DNA of 64,000 nucleotides, from contig CM075996.1 in assembly GCA_038087875.1 (NCBI GenBank), forward strand, positions 2,420,001 through 2,484,000. The letters are read 5' to 3'. This stretch comes from Malacoraja senta. Its lineage: Eukaryota. The notes beneath the pieces were generated by a model. It saw only the letters and a program-made list of their open reading frames with translations, searched no databases and was not told the DNA's origin. Positions within the stretch are counted from its first letter, which is position 1, and the number at the start of each line of letters is the position of its first letter. The position numbers were made by a program, and so were the translations under genes. Shown here piece by piece: positions 36,359-48,810 of the stretch.

Positions 36359-37504
36359 TCTTCCCAGATTAATGACATTCGTCCAAAGCGGGGCCCAGTA
36401 TGCTCCAAGTACACAGCCCCGTGAGCAGGGGATGGGACGATGTTCTCTGAGCCTGTGCCAATGTGCTGTGATTGAGTTTTAACTGCTTTTCCTTCTCCCG
36501 TTCTATTCCCCTTCTCTGCTGAAGGTGAGGACTCGTGCACGGATGCAGTTCCACACAAGCTGAATATCCCCAGTAAGTATTGGCAGGCTATTCTATCACA
36601 GGGGCTTTGTACCTCACCTTGCTTCTGCCCTTATTTGTCATCTATGTTCACTTTGCAACAGAGTTCCTCAACGCAGGTCAGATTAGATTGGATTGGGTTA
36701 GAGAAATCTAGTTTAGTTCAGAGATGCAGCGCGGAAACCGGCCCTTCGTCCTGCCGAGTCCGCGCCGACCAGGATTAAGCAAGGCTTTTCCTTCCTCTCA
36801 ACCCTGTCCCTCTATGGTTAGAAGTTCACTTGGGGGTCTCGGGGGTAAAGGCAATGTTGGGTCTGTGGTTGTAGAATAGCCTGCCAATGCTTGGTCTGGG
36901 ATAAAGTCCGTGCGCTTAGAGATAAGGGCGGAGTGGGGGGGTGGGAGCTGAGCTGAGCTGTGTGGAACTGCAGCCCAGCCAACGTCCATAATGAGAGGGG
37001 TGAGGAAAGCAGTTGAGAAGAAAACAGTGAGGAACATTGAAGCAGAGGGCCGCTGCCAGGTCAAATTCTCCCTGCTCCAAGCAGGCCAGATGACGGTCAC
37101 TGGAGGGAAATGCCGGAGTAACTCAGCGGCTCAGGCAGCGTCTCTGGAGAACACGGACAGGTGACATTTCATGTCGGGACCCTTGAAGATCTTCAGAACT
37201 CAAAGAAGGGTCCCGACCCGAAATTTCTGAAGAAGGGTCCCGACCCAAAGCATAGACGTCTATCCGCATTCTACAGAGATGTTCCCTGACCCGCTGAGTT
37301 ACTCCGGCACTTTTGCGTCTTTACTTTTTTTAATTTGTAAACCGGCATCTGCAGTTCCTTGTTTGTACAGATGACTGTCAGGCAGAGACAGAGCCCTGTG
37401 GGGAAAGTGTGCGAGGCGTTCCGCTTGAAAAAGCACGGCTTGTAAATTGTTATTGAAGACGGTAGTCCCAACAATGAAGAGCTTGCTTTCTCTCCCTTCC
37501 GCAG

Positions 37505-37601
37505 ACGTCCTGTGCTCCATGGGAATGGTCCAGCAGTTGGTGGCACTGCTACAGACAGAGCACGATCCCTTTCACGAGCACGTCCTGGGAGCGCTCTGCA
37601 G
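37505..37601 (+). CDS. HSPBP1: HSPBP1 internal exon (DVLCSMGMVQQLVALLQTEHDPFHEHVLGALCS)
   Basis: Acceptor ctcccttccgcag and donor AG|gtgcgt; 97 nt; in frame with the previous exon. Confidence 0.94.
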
Positions 37602-38281
37602 GTGCGTGCAATGGTTTGTTTATCGTCGCCCGCAGCAGCTACAGTGAAATACACGTGTGCAGATGCCAGTTTACACTGAAGACAGACATAAAATGCCAGA
37701 GTAACTCAGCGGGACAAGCGGCATCTCTGGAGAGAAGGAATGGATGACGTTTCGGGTCGAGACCCTTCATCGGACCAGTCAGGGGAGAGGGGTAACGAGA
37801 GATATAGACAGTGATGTAGAGAGAGATAAGGAACAAATGAATCTCTGGAGGGAAGGAATGGGTGACATTTCGGGTCCAGACCCTTCTTCAGACTTTCACC
37901 TAACAAACAGCCAACAACGGCCCGTTTCCTTTATCATCGTTACTTTTTTGCACATCTTTCATTCATTGTTCTTTATCTCTCTCTACATCATCGTCTGTAT
38001 CTGTCTTCTCCCTTATCCCTAAACCAGTCTGAAGAAGGGTCTCGACCCGAAACGTCACCCATTCCCTCTCTCCAGAGATGCTGCCTGTCCCGCTGAGTTT
38101 CTCTTCATTGTCTCAGGGTTTTGGGCAGAGCTGTTCCCAAACCAAGCAGTGATGCGTCCCCACAGTGCGCTCCATTGCTGTCATATTGTGGTGCGGTGCC
38201 GGCAGTGGGCAGGTTGGCCGTGTACAATCCAAGACAAATGCCGCCAGTCTGGAATCATGACACGTACCTTTTCCCTTGCAG

Positions 38282-38393
38282 CCTGGTGACCGATTTCCCT
38301 CGTGGAGTGAAACAGTGTCAAGAACCCGAGCTGGGTCTGGAGGATATTCTAATTGAGAGATCGAGGATGTTGAAAGACCAAGAGGAATTTCAG
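38282..38393 (+). CDS. HSPBP1: HSPBP1 penultimate exon (LVTDFPRGVKQCQEPELGLEDILIERSRMLKDQEEFQ)
   Basis: Acceptor ttttcccttgcag and donor CAG|gtgctt; 112 nt; in frame. Confidence 0.92.
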
Positions 38394-39142
38394 GTGCTTC
38401 ATCAGTTCAGTTTAGAGATACAGCGTGGAAACAGGCCCTTCGGCCCACCGAACCCGCGCCGACCAGCGATCCCTGCAACCCTACACACACACTAGGGACA
38501 ATTTACACTTATACCAAGCCAATCAGCCATGTGTAGGAAGGAACTGTAGATGCTGGTTTAAACCGAAGACAGACACAAAATGCTGGAGTAACTCAGTGGG
38601 TCAGGCAGCATCTCTGGAGAGAAGGAACGGGTGACGTTTCGGGTCGGAACCCTTCTTCAGTCTCAAGAACACTAGAAGCGACTACATTTTGAAACCAAGT
38701 CCTAGTCTGAAGAAGGGTCTCGCCCTGAAACGTCACCCAAACCTTCTCTCCAGCAATGCTGTCTGTCCCGCCGGGACTAGAGGATGACAAAAGGTTTCCC
38801 CCCACACCCAAAGACATGTGGGTTTAGGTTAATAGGCCTTGTGTGTCGGGAGGGGGAGCAAAAGTGGAATAACATGGAACTAGTGTGAAAGGGCTAGACC
38901 GATGGCCGAAGGGCCTGTTTCCATGCTGTCTTCCAATCAGAAAAAGTAGCACTTCTGGCCGTTTTTGTATTTAAAGGGAATTTTCTCTTTGCGAGCACCT
39001 GCAGTACATCAAAGCGCCTGATGATGGTGCTGCTGTAACTCTTCCTTGGCACGACACTTCCACCTCCCTCTGTAAAGTGGACGTGCACGTTACTGTTTGA
39101 GGTTGTTTGATGGCTCATGCCGCACATCTACAACATTTCAAT

Positions 39143-39385
39143 GGTTCGATCCCGACTACGGGTGCTGTCTGTGCGGAGTTTGTACGTTCTCCCCGTGACC
39201 TGCGTGGGTTTTCTCCGGGTGCTCCAGTTTCCTCCCACACTCCAAAGGCGTACAGGTTCGTAGGTAAATTGGCTTGGTGTAAGTATAAATGAGTAGGATA
39301 GTGTTATTGCGAGGGGGATCGATAGCTGGACGGTGCGGACACGGTGGGCCGAAGGGCCTGTTTCCACGTTGTTTCCGTAAGCTAA
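39143..39385 (+). mobile_element. V-SINE (HE1-like)
   Basis: GGTTCGATCCC B-box, core and tail. Confidence 0.82.
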
Positions 39386-40544
39386 ATAAACGAAACTCAA
39401 TTAGCTTTAGTCCCCTGGCGCCCATCCACTGTGCTCTATCGAAGACCATAAACAACAGTGTTAAGCCCCCTTGCCACCACAGTAAGAAAAAAGTGCGTCG
39501 GAAGGAATTGCAGATGCTGGATTATACCGTAGATAGACACAAACGCCTGGAGGAACTTGGTGGCTCAGGCAGCATCTCTGGTGAAAAGGAATAGGTGACG
39601 TTTCGGGTTGAGATCATTCTATCACCACACTGGGGAGAAGGCAGGAACGGGGTACTGATTGGGGATGATCAGCCATGATCACATTGAATGGCGGTGCTGG
39701 CTCGAAGGGCCGAATGGCCTACTCCTGCACCTATTCTCTATTGTCTATCACAGTAAGAAAGAACATGGCTGATTCTTTAACCCGTCTACTTTCCCACCTG
39801 GACTGCCAGTTTCCCACATTTATTCACCTTAAATAAGTAGCCACAGAATGTAGAAGCCGACTCCTCTCCCTTTCTACAGCCCCCCCCCCCCGTGCCACAC
39901 CTGGACTTCACCCTATTTCTCCCCTTCCGCCTCTACATTTGTTCCTCTGGCTTCACACTTCAATCCTCTTATCTCACACCTTCAGCCTTTTCATCTCTGG
40001 CCTTTGTCCAACCATCAGCCTTATAAACTCCCCTCACCTGTACCAATCTATTACCTGCCGCGCGCTTTGATCTGACTCTCCTCTTTTCCAACTTTCTTCC
40101 TCTTCCCCCCTCCCCGCATCAGTCTGAAGGATCCTGACCCAAAAAGTTCTCCAGAGATACTGCCTGTATTGTGACCACTGGAGGCACTGTGTGGAACAGC
40201 AGTGTCATGAAACCCATCACCTTCTGCAGAAGGAGAGGGAGTGTTTAGTTTTAAAATTCAGCACTGAAACGGGCCCTTTGCTCTGTATATTTAAACTAAA
40301 CACACACTGAATGAATGAGTAAGTTTATTGGCCAAGTATTCACATACAAGGAATTTGCCTTGGTGCTCCGCCCGCAAGTGACAACATGACATACAGTGAC
40401 AGTTAGGAATGACACATAAAACATTAATAATAAAACATTATTGATTAAACATGTGAACTAAATAAAATACCAGAGCAAACGGAGCACTGGGGACAATTTA
40501 CAATTTTACCGAAGCCAATTAACCTACAAACCTGTACGTATTTG

Positions 40545-41058
40545 AATAGACAATAGGTGCAGGAGTAGGCCATTCGGCCCTTTGAGCCAGCACCGCCATT
40601 CAATGTGATCATGGCTGATCATCCCCAATCAGTACCCCGTTCCTGCCTTCTCCCCATATCCCCTGACTCCGCTATCTTTAAGAGCCCTATCTAGCTCTCT
40701 CTTGAAAGTATCCAGAGAACCGGCCTCCACCGCCCTCTGAGGCAGAGAATTCCACACTCACCACTCTCTGTGAGAAAACGTGTTTCCTCGTCTCCGTTCT
40801 AAATGGCTAACTCCTTATTCTTAAACTGTGGCCCCTGGTTCTGGCGTGTCCAAACCCTTAATAATCTTATATGTTTCAATGAGATCCCCTCTCATCCTTC
40901 TAAACTCCAGAGTGTACAAGCCTAGCTGCTCCATTCTCTCAGCATATGACAGTCCCGCCATCCCGGGAATTAACCTGGTGAATCTACGCTGCACTCCCTC
41001 AATAGCAAGAATGTCCTTCCTCAAATTAGGGGACCAAAAACTGCACGCAATACTGCAG
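40545..41058 (-). mobile_element. CR1 3' fragment in the last HSPBP1 intron
   Basis: LAIEGVQRRFTRLIPGMAGLSY...RGDLIETYKIIKG on the minus strand, plus 3' UTR. Confidence 0.88.
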
Positions 41059-41288
41059 GTGAAGTGTGGGAGGAAACCGGAGCGCCCGGGGAAAACCCAC
41101 CCAGGTCATGGGGGGGGGGAGAGAACTCACAGACAGCACCTGTAGTCAGGATGGAACCCGGGTCTCTGGCGCTGTGAGGCAGCAACTCTACCGCTGCGCC
41201 ACCGTGTGGAGAGGAGGGGAGAGATCTAGCAGTGAGGAAAATTAACAAGTAATGAATCCCATCTAATTTTGCTGTTGATGAATTTCAG

Positions 41289-41363
41289 GAGGAGTTGGAG
41301 TTCTGTGAGCAGCTACTGCGTGCTTGCTTCAGCCAGCCAGACGAGAGCGGGATGGATCGGTGA
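41289..41363 (+). CDS. HSPBP1: HSPBP1 last coding exon (EELEFCEQLLRACFSQPDESGMDR*)
   Basis: Acceptor aatttcag; ends in TGA; C-terminal MDR* as recalled for vertebrate HSPBP1. Confidence 0.93.
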   Translation, partial: EELEFCEQLLRACFSQPDESGMDR

Positions 41364-42869
41364 TTCGACGAGTTGTCCCTGCCAAGATTGCTTACGTCGC
41401 CATGTCGGAAAGAATTTACCCAGTTTTTCTCTCTCTCTCTCTCTCTGTCAGGCGGATTCCCACTTTTGCCATTTGCAAGGCTTTGGAAGCTTGGTGCATT
41501 TTGAATCAGCTTATATATTGCACTTATTGCGAAAGAAAGACTGTTTATCAAACATTTATTTCAATCTTTTAATCTTGACCCTGATGTCCCATCCAGTCAC
41601 ATACTCCATGTACAGTTGTAGAGTCATGGAGTGATACAGTGTGGAAACAGGCCCTTCGGCCCTACCTGCCCACATGTCCCAGCTGCACTTGTCCCACCTG
41701 TGTTTGGTCCATATCCCTCCAAACCTGTCCTATTCATGTACCTGTCTTAACTGTTTCTTAAACGTTGGGATAGTCCCAGCCTCGACGACCTCCTCTGGCA
41801 GCTCGTTCCGTACACCCGCCACCCTTTGTGTGGAAAAAGTTACCCCTCAGATTCCGATTAAATCTTTTCCCCATCACCTTGAACCTGTGTACCCTGGACT
41901 GTCTCCAGTGGATTAATTCTAATGGTGAGGTGAATACAGTCAACAATCTGGGCCCCGCGCAGTTTGCAATTTGTCACTCGCTGTTCTCCATCTCTTTCTC
42001 TGTGCTTCCGGTAGCTTTTCTGGATTAAGCCCCAGAAGTGGAAGCGGAGATTTGTATTGGGACGTGGCCTTTAATGTCGCACACCCACCCGCTCAATTAA
42101 AATTTAACCCACTGCTGTATCAGTCTCAACAGCCCCTGCTCATTATCCCCACGCAGTTTATTCCCAATTAACAACCTGTGCTAATCCCCCCGCTTCCCGA
42201 ACTAAGATCCCAAACTGGGTGGCTGGTCCAAGGCAGGGAACTGCCGGGATCTTTGTTACCATGGCACATCGTGCTGTGAATTCCCTTCTGGCTTGAGCTA
42301 CTCATGGAAGCAATTAGTCTAAAGAAAATTAACTTTGGGTGGGAGGAGTGGAGAACTATGGAGCATGTTAAATCTTCACGGTGATATGTTAAACTGGGAA
42401 TGTTAATGTGAAGAGAGAGAGGTGGTGGGAGAGCTGACTAGAGTGTGACCATGCAGGTCATTAGAGTTTCTTCAATGGTTCCTGATGCAACTGCACAGCC
42501 AGATTCTTATCGCATCGCTTACACATGCACGTCGCCATTTAGGCACAGAAAGAGTCCAACGTACTGGGGCGGCCCCCGATTCAGGCAAGCCCCAGGCTGC
42601 TGCAGGGCCTCCTCCATCACAAGTCGGGATTGGTATTGTTGGACTGGAACATGATGCCTTCTGCAGTCACGTGGTTAAATTGGATTGTCGTCGGCTCACC
42701 GGAGGCAACTGTGTGTACGTGTGTGTGTGGGGCAAGACTCGGGAAGTACTGCTTGGGACAGTGACGTCACAAAGCCCATCACTTTACGGAGGGGGGGGGT
42801 GCAGCAGTAACTGTGGATGAAGCAGTGTATGTGGATGAATCTCCCCCCCCCCCCCCACAGTGTTGATCC

Positions 42870-42968
42870 TGCACCCTGCAGGGTTGGTCCATGCAGTGTG
42901 GGTCCCTGCACCCTGCAGTGTGGGTCCCTGCACAGTGTGTGGGTCCCTGCAAGGTTTCGGTCCCTACA
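42870..42968. repeat. Short tandem repeat (GTGTGGGTCCCTGCA)-like downstream of the HSPBP1 stop
   Basis: GGTCCCTGCA recurs several times. Confidence 0.7.
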
Positions 42969-43174
42969 CAAGGTTGATCCACACACCACATTCATCTCCG
43001 CATCTTGTACAGTGTCGATCACACTGGCTCACTGTATGTGTGATCGACACGCTGTCATTTGAACATATCGTAAAGAACCTGAAGAGATGATTGCCCCGTG
43101 ACTGTAACAAGCCGGTATCGTTTTGTGAATTCTTTGTTCCTGCTGCAAAGTGTTATTTTAGTTTCTGTGAAAAC

Positions 43175-43180
43175 ATTAAA
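43175..43180 (+). terminator. Candidate HSPBP1 polyadenylation signal (ATTAAA)
   Basis: ATTAAA followed by a GU/U-rich tract; alternative AATAAA at 44316-44321. Confidence 0.35.
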
Positions 43181-44619
43181 GTGACATTTGACTCTGTGGA
43201 CCTCTCTTGCCTATTGTTTTGGTGCCAGGGCCTTCATTACTTTTTCATCAACAGGCATGTGGACCACAAGACATTAAAGCAGAATGAGGCCGTTCAACCC
43301 ATCGAGTCTACTTGCCATTCAATCATGGCTGATCTATTTTTCCCTCTCAATCCCATTCTCCTGCCTTCTCCCCATAACCTTTGACATCCTTCCAATAAGT
43401 TCATAACTTGTAGGTGCAGAATTAGGCCGTTCAGCCCATCTACTTGCCATTCAATCATGGCTGATCTTTCTTTCCCTCTCAACCCCATTCTCCAGCCTTC
43501 TTCCCCTATCCTTTAACATCCTTCTTGATCAAGAACCTAGCAATCTCTGCCTTAAAAAACCCCCAATGACTTGGCCTCCGCAGCCATCTATCAATTAGTT
43601 CCACAGATTTACCACCCACTGACGAAATAAATTCCTCCTCGTCTCCATTCCAAAGGTACGTCCTACTCTGAGGCTGTGCCCTCTGGTCCCAGACGTTCCC
43701 ACTGCTGGAAACATCCTCTCCATGCCCACTCTCTCCAGTCCTTTCATTATCTGGCAGGTATCGATGAGATTCCCCCCTTTTTCCTTCTAAGTTCTAGCGA
43801 GTACAGTGCCAGAGCCTTCGAATGCACCTCGTACGTTAACCTAATCTCCGGAATCATTCTCGTGAAGCCACTAAAACCTCATCACCTTGACAGTACATGG
43901 ATATGGACATAAAGAGCTGTGACCTGCAGGGCTATGGACCCAGTGGTGGAAGGTGGGGCCAGCTAGGGCACCTCAGCCTCAACCACCACAGACACAATGG
44001 GCTGAATGGACTTCCTCTGTTACAGAAATCTCTCGTAAACCTTTGCGTGAACTGGTTTAAAAATGAAAGGAAAAAGGAAAAGCTCTATCTGGTGAGAAAC
44101 GGTATGACGTGTATCACAAATAGTGAAAGGCCTGGATAGAGTGGACGTGGAGAGGATGTTTCCACTAGTGGGAGAGTCTAGGACCAGAGGTCGTAGCCTC
44201 AGAATTAAAGGACGTTCCTTTAGGAAGAGATGAGGAGGTATGGACATTGTGGGCCGAAGGGGCCTGCCCCTCTGCAGTGCTGTTCTGTGTTCCAAGATAA
44301 TCTCCCTCCTGTAAAAATAAATTAAACTAAATTCCCTTCAGGGTAGTTCTGAAGAGTTGACATTTGTGGTTTCAAATGTCACCTGTGGCTTATTCAGTGG
44401 CACGCATATCTCCGAAGATCTAAAGATGTTCACACAAAGGTTAAGAGGCAGCACTCCACTGCTCGACAATTGATCTTTCACACGAGATATTAAACCAAAC
44501 CCTCGTCTGCCCACTGAGATGCATTGAAAGATTTTTTTAAAAGAAAGTGTCACAGACTAACACAGCGTGGAAACGGGGGAATAGACCAGGTGAATATACA
44601 ATCCTTAGTTCAACTATAT

Positions 44620-45160
44620 AAAATATTATCCTGAAATGCCAAATATATAAAGTATTAGCTTGAAATGCCATATTTATAGCATCTTAATTTCTATCTTTAA
44701 TTAGTAAATTAATGTGGTGTATTAAATATTATCTAGAAATGCCACATATCTATATATTTATAGCACCTTAATGTGCATCTTTATATAGCTTTATAGTTCG
44801 AGACCAAAATGGCTCGGCCCGTCACAGTAATATATTAAATATTATCTAGAAATGCCAAATATATAAATTATCTTGAAATGCCATATTTATATATTTCTAT
44901 CACCTTAATGTACTTTATAGTCAATTAATGTAATGTAGTGAAATATATAACATATTATCTTGAAATGCCAAATATATGAAATATCTTGAAATGCCATATA
45001 TTTATAGCACCTTAATGTACATATTATATAGTAAATTAATGTAATGTATATAACATGATCTAGGAATCTCTCCCTATATATATATGTATATATAATCTAT
45101 ATATATGTGTATATTTAATCTATATATGAACAGCACCTTAATGTACTTTATATAGTACAT
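44620..45160. repeat. AT-rich degenerate tandem repeat (ATTATCTTGAAATGCCA...TTTATAGCACCTTAATGT)
   Basis: GAAATGCCA and CACCTTAATGT motifs recur several times. Confidence 0.75.
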
Positions 45161-45339
45161 TACAGTAATATAGTGCAAATATAGCTCTCTCTCTCTCTCT
45201 TTCTTCTCTCCTCTCTCCTCTCTTCTTGGTTTCTTGGTCCTCCAAAATATTCCAAATGGAATTTAAACTCTTGATGTAAACCCCTCCTTGATGTAAATAT
45301 TTATATAGTAAATTAATGCAATTTATAAAACATGGTCTA

Positions 45340-45428
45340 ATAATCTCTCTCTCTATATATATGTGTGATATGTGTGTGTATGTGTATATAAGTGTGCATG
45401 TGCCTATATATGTGTGTATAAGTGTGTA

Positions 45429-45473
<45 letters not shown>

Positions 45474-45494
45474 TTGTGTGTGTACAAGTGTATA
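45340..45494. repeat. (TA)n/(TG)n microsatellite
   Basis: Dinucleotide runs; pure (TA)n near 45436-45469. Confidence 0.9.
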
Positions 45495-47063
45495 TGATCT
45501 ACACTGTGTGTGTACATGATCTATACTGTGTATATATGATCTATACTGTGTATACATGATCTATACTGTATATATGATCTATACGGTATATATATGATCT
45601 ATACTGTGTATATAAGATCTATACTGTGTATATATGATCTATACTGTGTATATATGATTTATACCGTGTATACATGATCTATACTGTGTATATATGATCT
45701 ATACTGGGTATACATGACCTATACGGTGTATATATGATCTATACTGTGTATATATGATCTATACCATGTATACATGATCTATACTGTGTATATATGATCT
45801 ATACTGTGCATATATGATCTATACTGTGTATATATGATCTATACTGTGTACATGATCTATACTGCATATATATGATCTATACTGTGTATACATGATCTAT
45901 ACTGTGTATATATGATCTATACTGTGTATATATGATCTATACTGTGTATACATAATCCATACGGTGTATATATGATCTATACTGTGTATATATGATCTAT
46001 AATGTGTATACATAATCTATACGGTGTGTATATATATGATCTATACGGTGTGTATATATATGATCTATACTGTGTATACATGACCTATACTGTGTATACA
46101 TGATCTATACCGTGTATATATGATCTATATCGTGTATATAGGATCTATACGGTGTATATATGATCTATACCGTGTATATAGGATCTATACGGTGTATACA
46201 TGATCTATACCGTGTATATATGATCTATACCGTGTATATAGGATCTATACGGTGTATATATGATCTATACGGTGTATATAGGATCTATACCGTGTATATA
46301 TGATCTATACCGTGTATATATGATCTATACCGTGTATATAGGATCTATACCGTGTATATATGATCTATACCGTGTATATAGGATCTATACCGTGTATATA
46401 TGATCTATACCGTGTATATATGATCTATACCGTGTATATAGGATCTATACCGTGTATATATGATCTATACCGTGTATATATGATCTATACCGTGTATATA
46501 GGATCTATACCGTGTATATAGGATCTATACCGTGTATATAGGATCTATACCGTGTATATAGGATCTATACCGTGTATATATGATCTATACCGTGTATATA
46601 TGATCTATACCGTGTATATAGGATCTATACCGTGTATATATGATCTATACCGTGTATATATGATCTATACCGTGTATATATGATCTATACCGTGTATATA
46701 GGATCTATACCGTGTATATATGATCTATACCGTGTATATAGGATCTATACGGTGTATATAGGATCTATACCGTGTATATATGATCTATACCGTGTATATA
46801 GGATCTATACCGTGTATATATGATCTATACGGTGTATATATGATCTATACCGTGTATATAGGATCTATACCGTGTATATATGATCTATACCGTGTATATA
46901 GGATCTATACGGTGTATATAGGATCTATACCGTGTATATATGATCTATACCGTGTATATAGGATCTATACCGTGTATATATGATCTATACCGTGTATATA
47001 TGATCTATACCGTGTATATATGATCTATACCGTGTATATATGATCTATACTGTGTATGTATAC
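45495..47063. repeat. 20-bp tandem repeat (TGATCTATACCGTGTATATA)n, roughly 75-80 units
   Basis: Directly visible; perfect 20-nt register from 46081 to 47060. Confidence 0.99.
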
Positions 47064-47830
47064 AGCACCTGATGTGCATCTCAATCCAGGAAGCGGAAGT
47101 CAGGTTGAGCAGCCGAGGCGGAGGCAGCAGCAGCAGGATGGCCACTGCCCGCCGGTGGCGCGGGGCGGTGTGGGATGCTGGAGGACCGGGGCGGGAGGAC
47201 CGCGGCGGGGCGGACATGTTGTGCGGGCGGGATCGGGAGCGAGTGAAGTGAGGAGCGGCGGGTGTACAGAGCGGCGGCGGGCGGCGGGTCTTCTCCTCAG
47301 CGGCCTCTTCACGTTCCCTCCCTCCCTCCCTCCCTCCCCTTGTGCTGCCGGTTGTTTGTTTGTTTGTTTGTTTGTTTGCCTCCTCCCCTCCACCACCACC
47401 TCGAGGCCCAGCGGGGAGAGAGAGAGAGAGGCCGCGGACTGTCCCGGAGCAGCGGCCGGGACCCAGGGCTTGTGGAGGCCGCGGCCCAACAGACCCAGAC
47501 CAGGCCGGGCCGGGACCGGACCACACCACACCACACCACACCGGACCGGACCGGACCGGCGCCCAATGCAGCTTCTCGGCGGCGGGTTAACTTTGCATTT
47601 CACCACCTCTCCATCGGGCGAGAAGCAGCTTCATACCCGGCCGGCGGTGGGGACTCTTCCCCCCCCCCCACCCCGCCCCGCTCACGCTGACTCCCGGTGA
47701 GTTCATCCCCCTCCCCCTCCCCCTCCCCCTCCCCTCCCCCCTCCCCTCTCCCCTCCCCTCCCCTCCCCGGAGCAAAGTGTGAGTCTCCCCCCTCCCTCCC
47801 TCCCTCCCTCCCCAGCAATCTCCGAGTCTC
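47060..47830 (+). promoter_or_regulatory. CpG-island promoter of a plus-strand gene (possibly PPP6R1 by synteny with HSPBP1)
   Basis: Abrupt GC- and CpG-rich block; tandem ETS/GABP-type sites CAGGAAGCGGAAGT at 47087-47100; GC boxes. Confidence 0.8.
47100..47696 (+). other. Putative non-coding first exon (start approximate)
   Basis: Consensus donor CCG|gtgagt at 47696/47697 at the 3' end of the CpG island; no recognisable CDS. Confidence 0.55.
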
Positions 47831-47883
47831 TGGGGGATCAGGAACGAGAGGATGTAGATTTAGTGTGAGGGGTGGGAGTAGAG

Positions 47884-48810
47884 GGGAGAGAAGGTTTAAT
47901 GTGGGAGAGAAGGTTTAGGGGGGGGGAGAGAAGGTTAAAGGTGGGAGAGAAGGTTTAAGGGGGGGAGAGAAGGTTAAAGGTGGGGGAGAGAAGGTTTAAG
48001 GTGGGGGAGAGAAGGTTTAAGGTGGGAGAGAAGGTTTAAGGGGGGAGAGAGGGTTTAAGGGGGGGAGAGAAGGTTAAAGGTGGGGAGAGAAGGTTTAAGG
48101 TGGGAGAGAAGGTTTAAGGGGGGAGAGAGGGTTTAAGGGGGGGAGAGAAGGTTAAAGGGGGAGAGAAGGTTTAAAGGGGGAGAGAAGGTTTAAGGGGGGA
48201 GAGAAGGTTTAAGGGGGGAGAGAAGGTTTAAGGGGGGAGAGAAGGTTTAAGGGGGGAGAGAGGGTTTAAAGGTGGGAGAGAAGGTTTAAGGTGGGAGAGA
48301 AGGTTTAAGGGGGGGAGAGAAGGTTAAAGGTGGGGAGAGAAGGTTAAAGGGGGGAGAGAAGGTTAAAGGTGGGGAGAGAAGGTTAAAGGGGGGAGAGAAG
48401 GTTTAAGGTGGGAGAGAAGGTTTAATGTGGGAGAGGGTTTAAGGGGGGGAGAGAAGGTTTAAGGGGGAAGAGAAGGTTAAAGGTGGGGAGAGAAGGTTTA
48501 AAGTGGGAGAGAAGGTTTAAAGTGGGAGAGAAGGTTAAAGGTGGGGAGAGAAGGTTAAAGGGGGGAGAGAAGGTTTAAGGTGGGAGAGAAGGTTTAAAGT
48601 GGGAGAGAAGGTTTAAGGGGGGAGAGAGGGTTTAAGGGGGGAGAGAAGGTTTAAGGTGGGAGAGAAGGTTTAAGGGGGGGAGAGAAGGTTAAAGGGGGAG
48701 AGAAGGTTTAAGGGGGGAGAGAGGGTTTAAAGGGGGAGAGAAGGTTTAAGGGGGGGAGAGAAGGTTTAAGGGGGGAGAGAAGGTTAAAGGGGGGGGAGAA
48801 GATTTAAGGG
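47884..48810. repeat. G-rich minisatellite, ~18-20-bp unit GGGAGAGAAGGTTTAAGG(T/G)
   Basis: Directly visible tandem array. Confidence 0.97.

Noticed and set aside
45495..47063. Regular array that could be taken for CRISPR; ORF 46780-46983
   Set aside because: Head-to-tail units with no unique spacers, no cas genes and a eukaryotic context; the ORF is translated repeat.
47005..47918. Long overlapping ORFs (up to 214 aa) on both strands
   Set aside because: Low-complexity products expected from stop-poor GC-rich DNA and microsatellites; no recognisable domain.
47884..48810. Interstitial telomere-like repeat (TTAAGGG)
   Set aside because: The unit is not TTAGGG and traces to the adjacent CR1 sequence.
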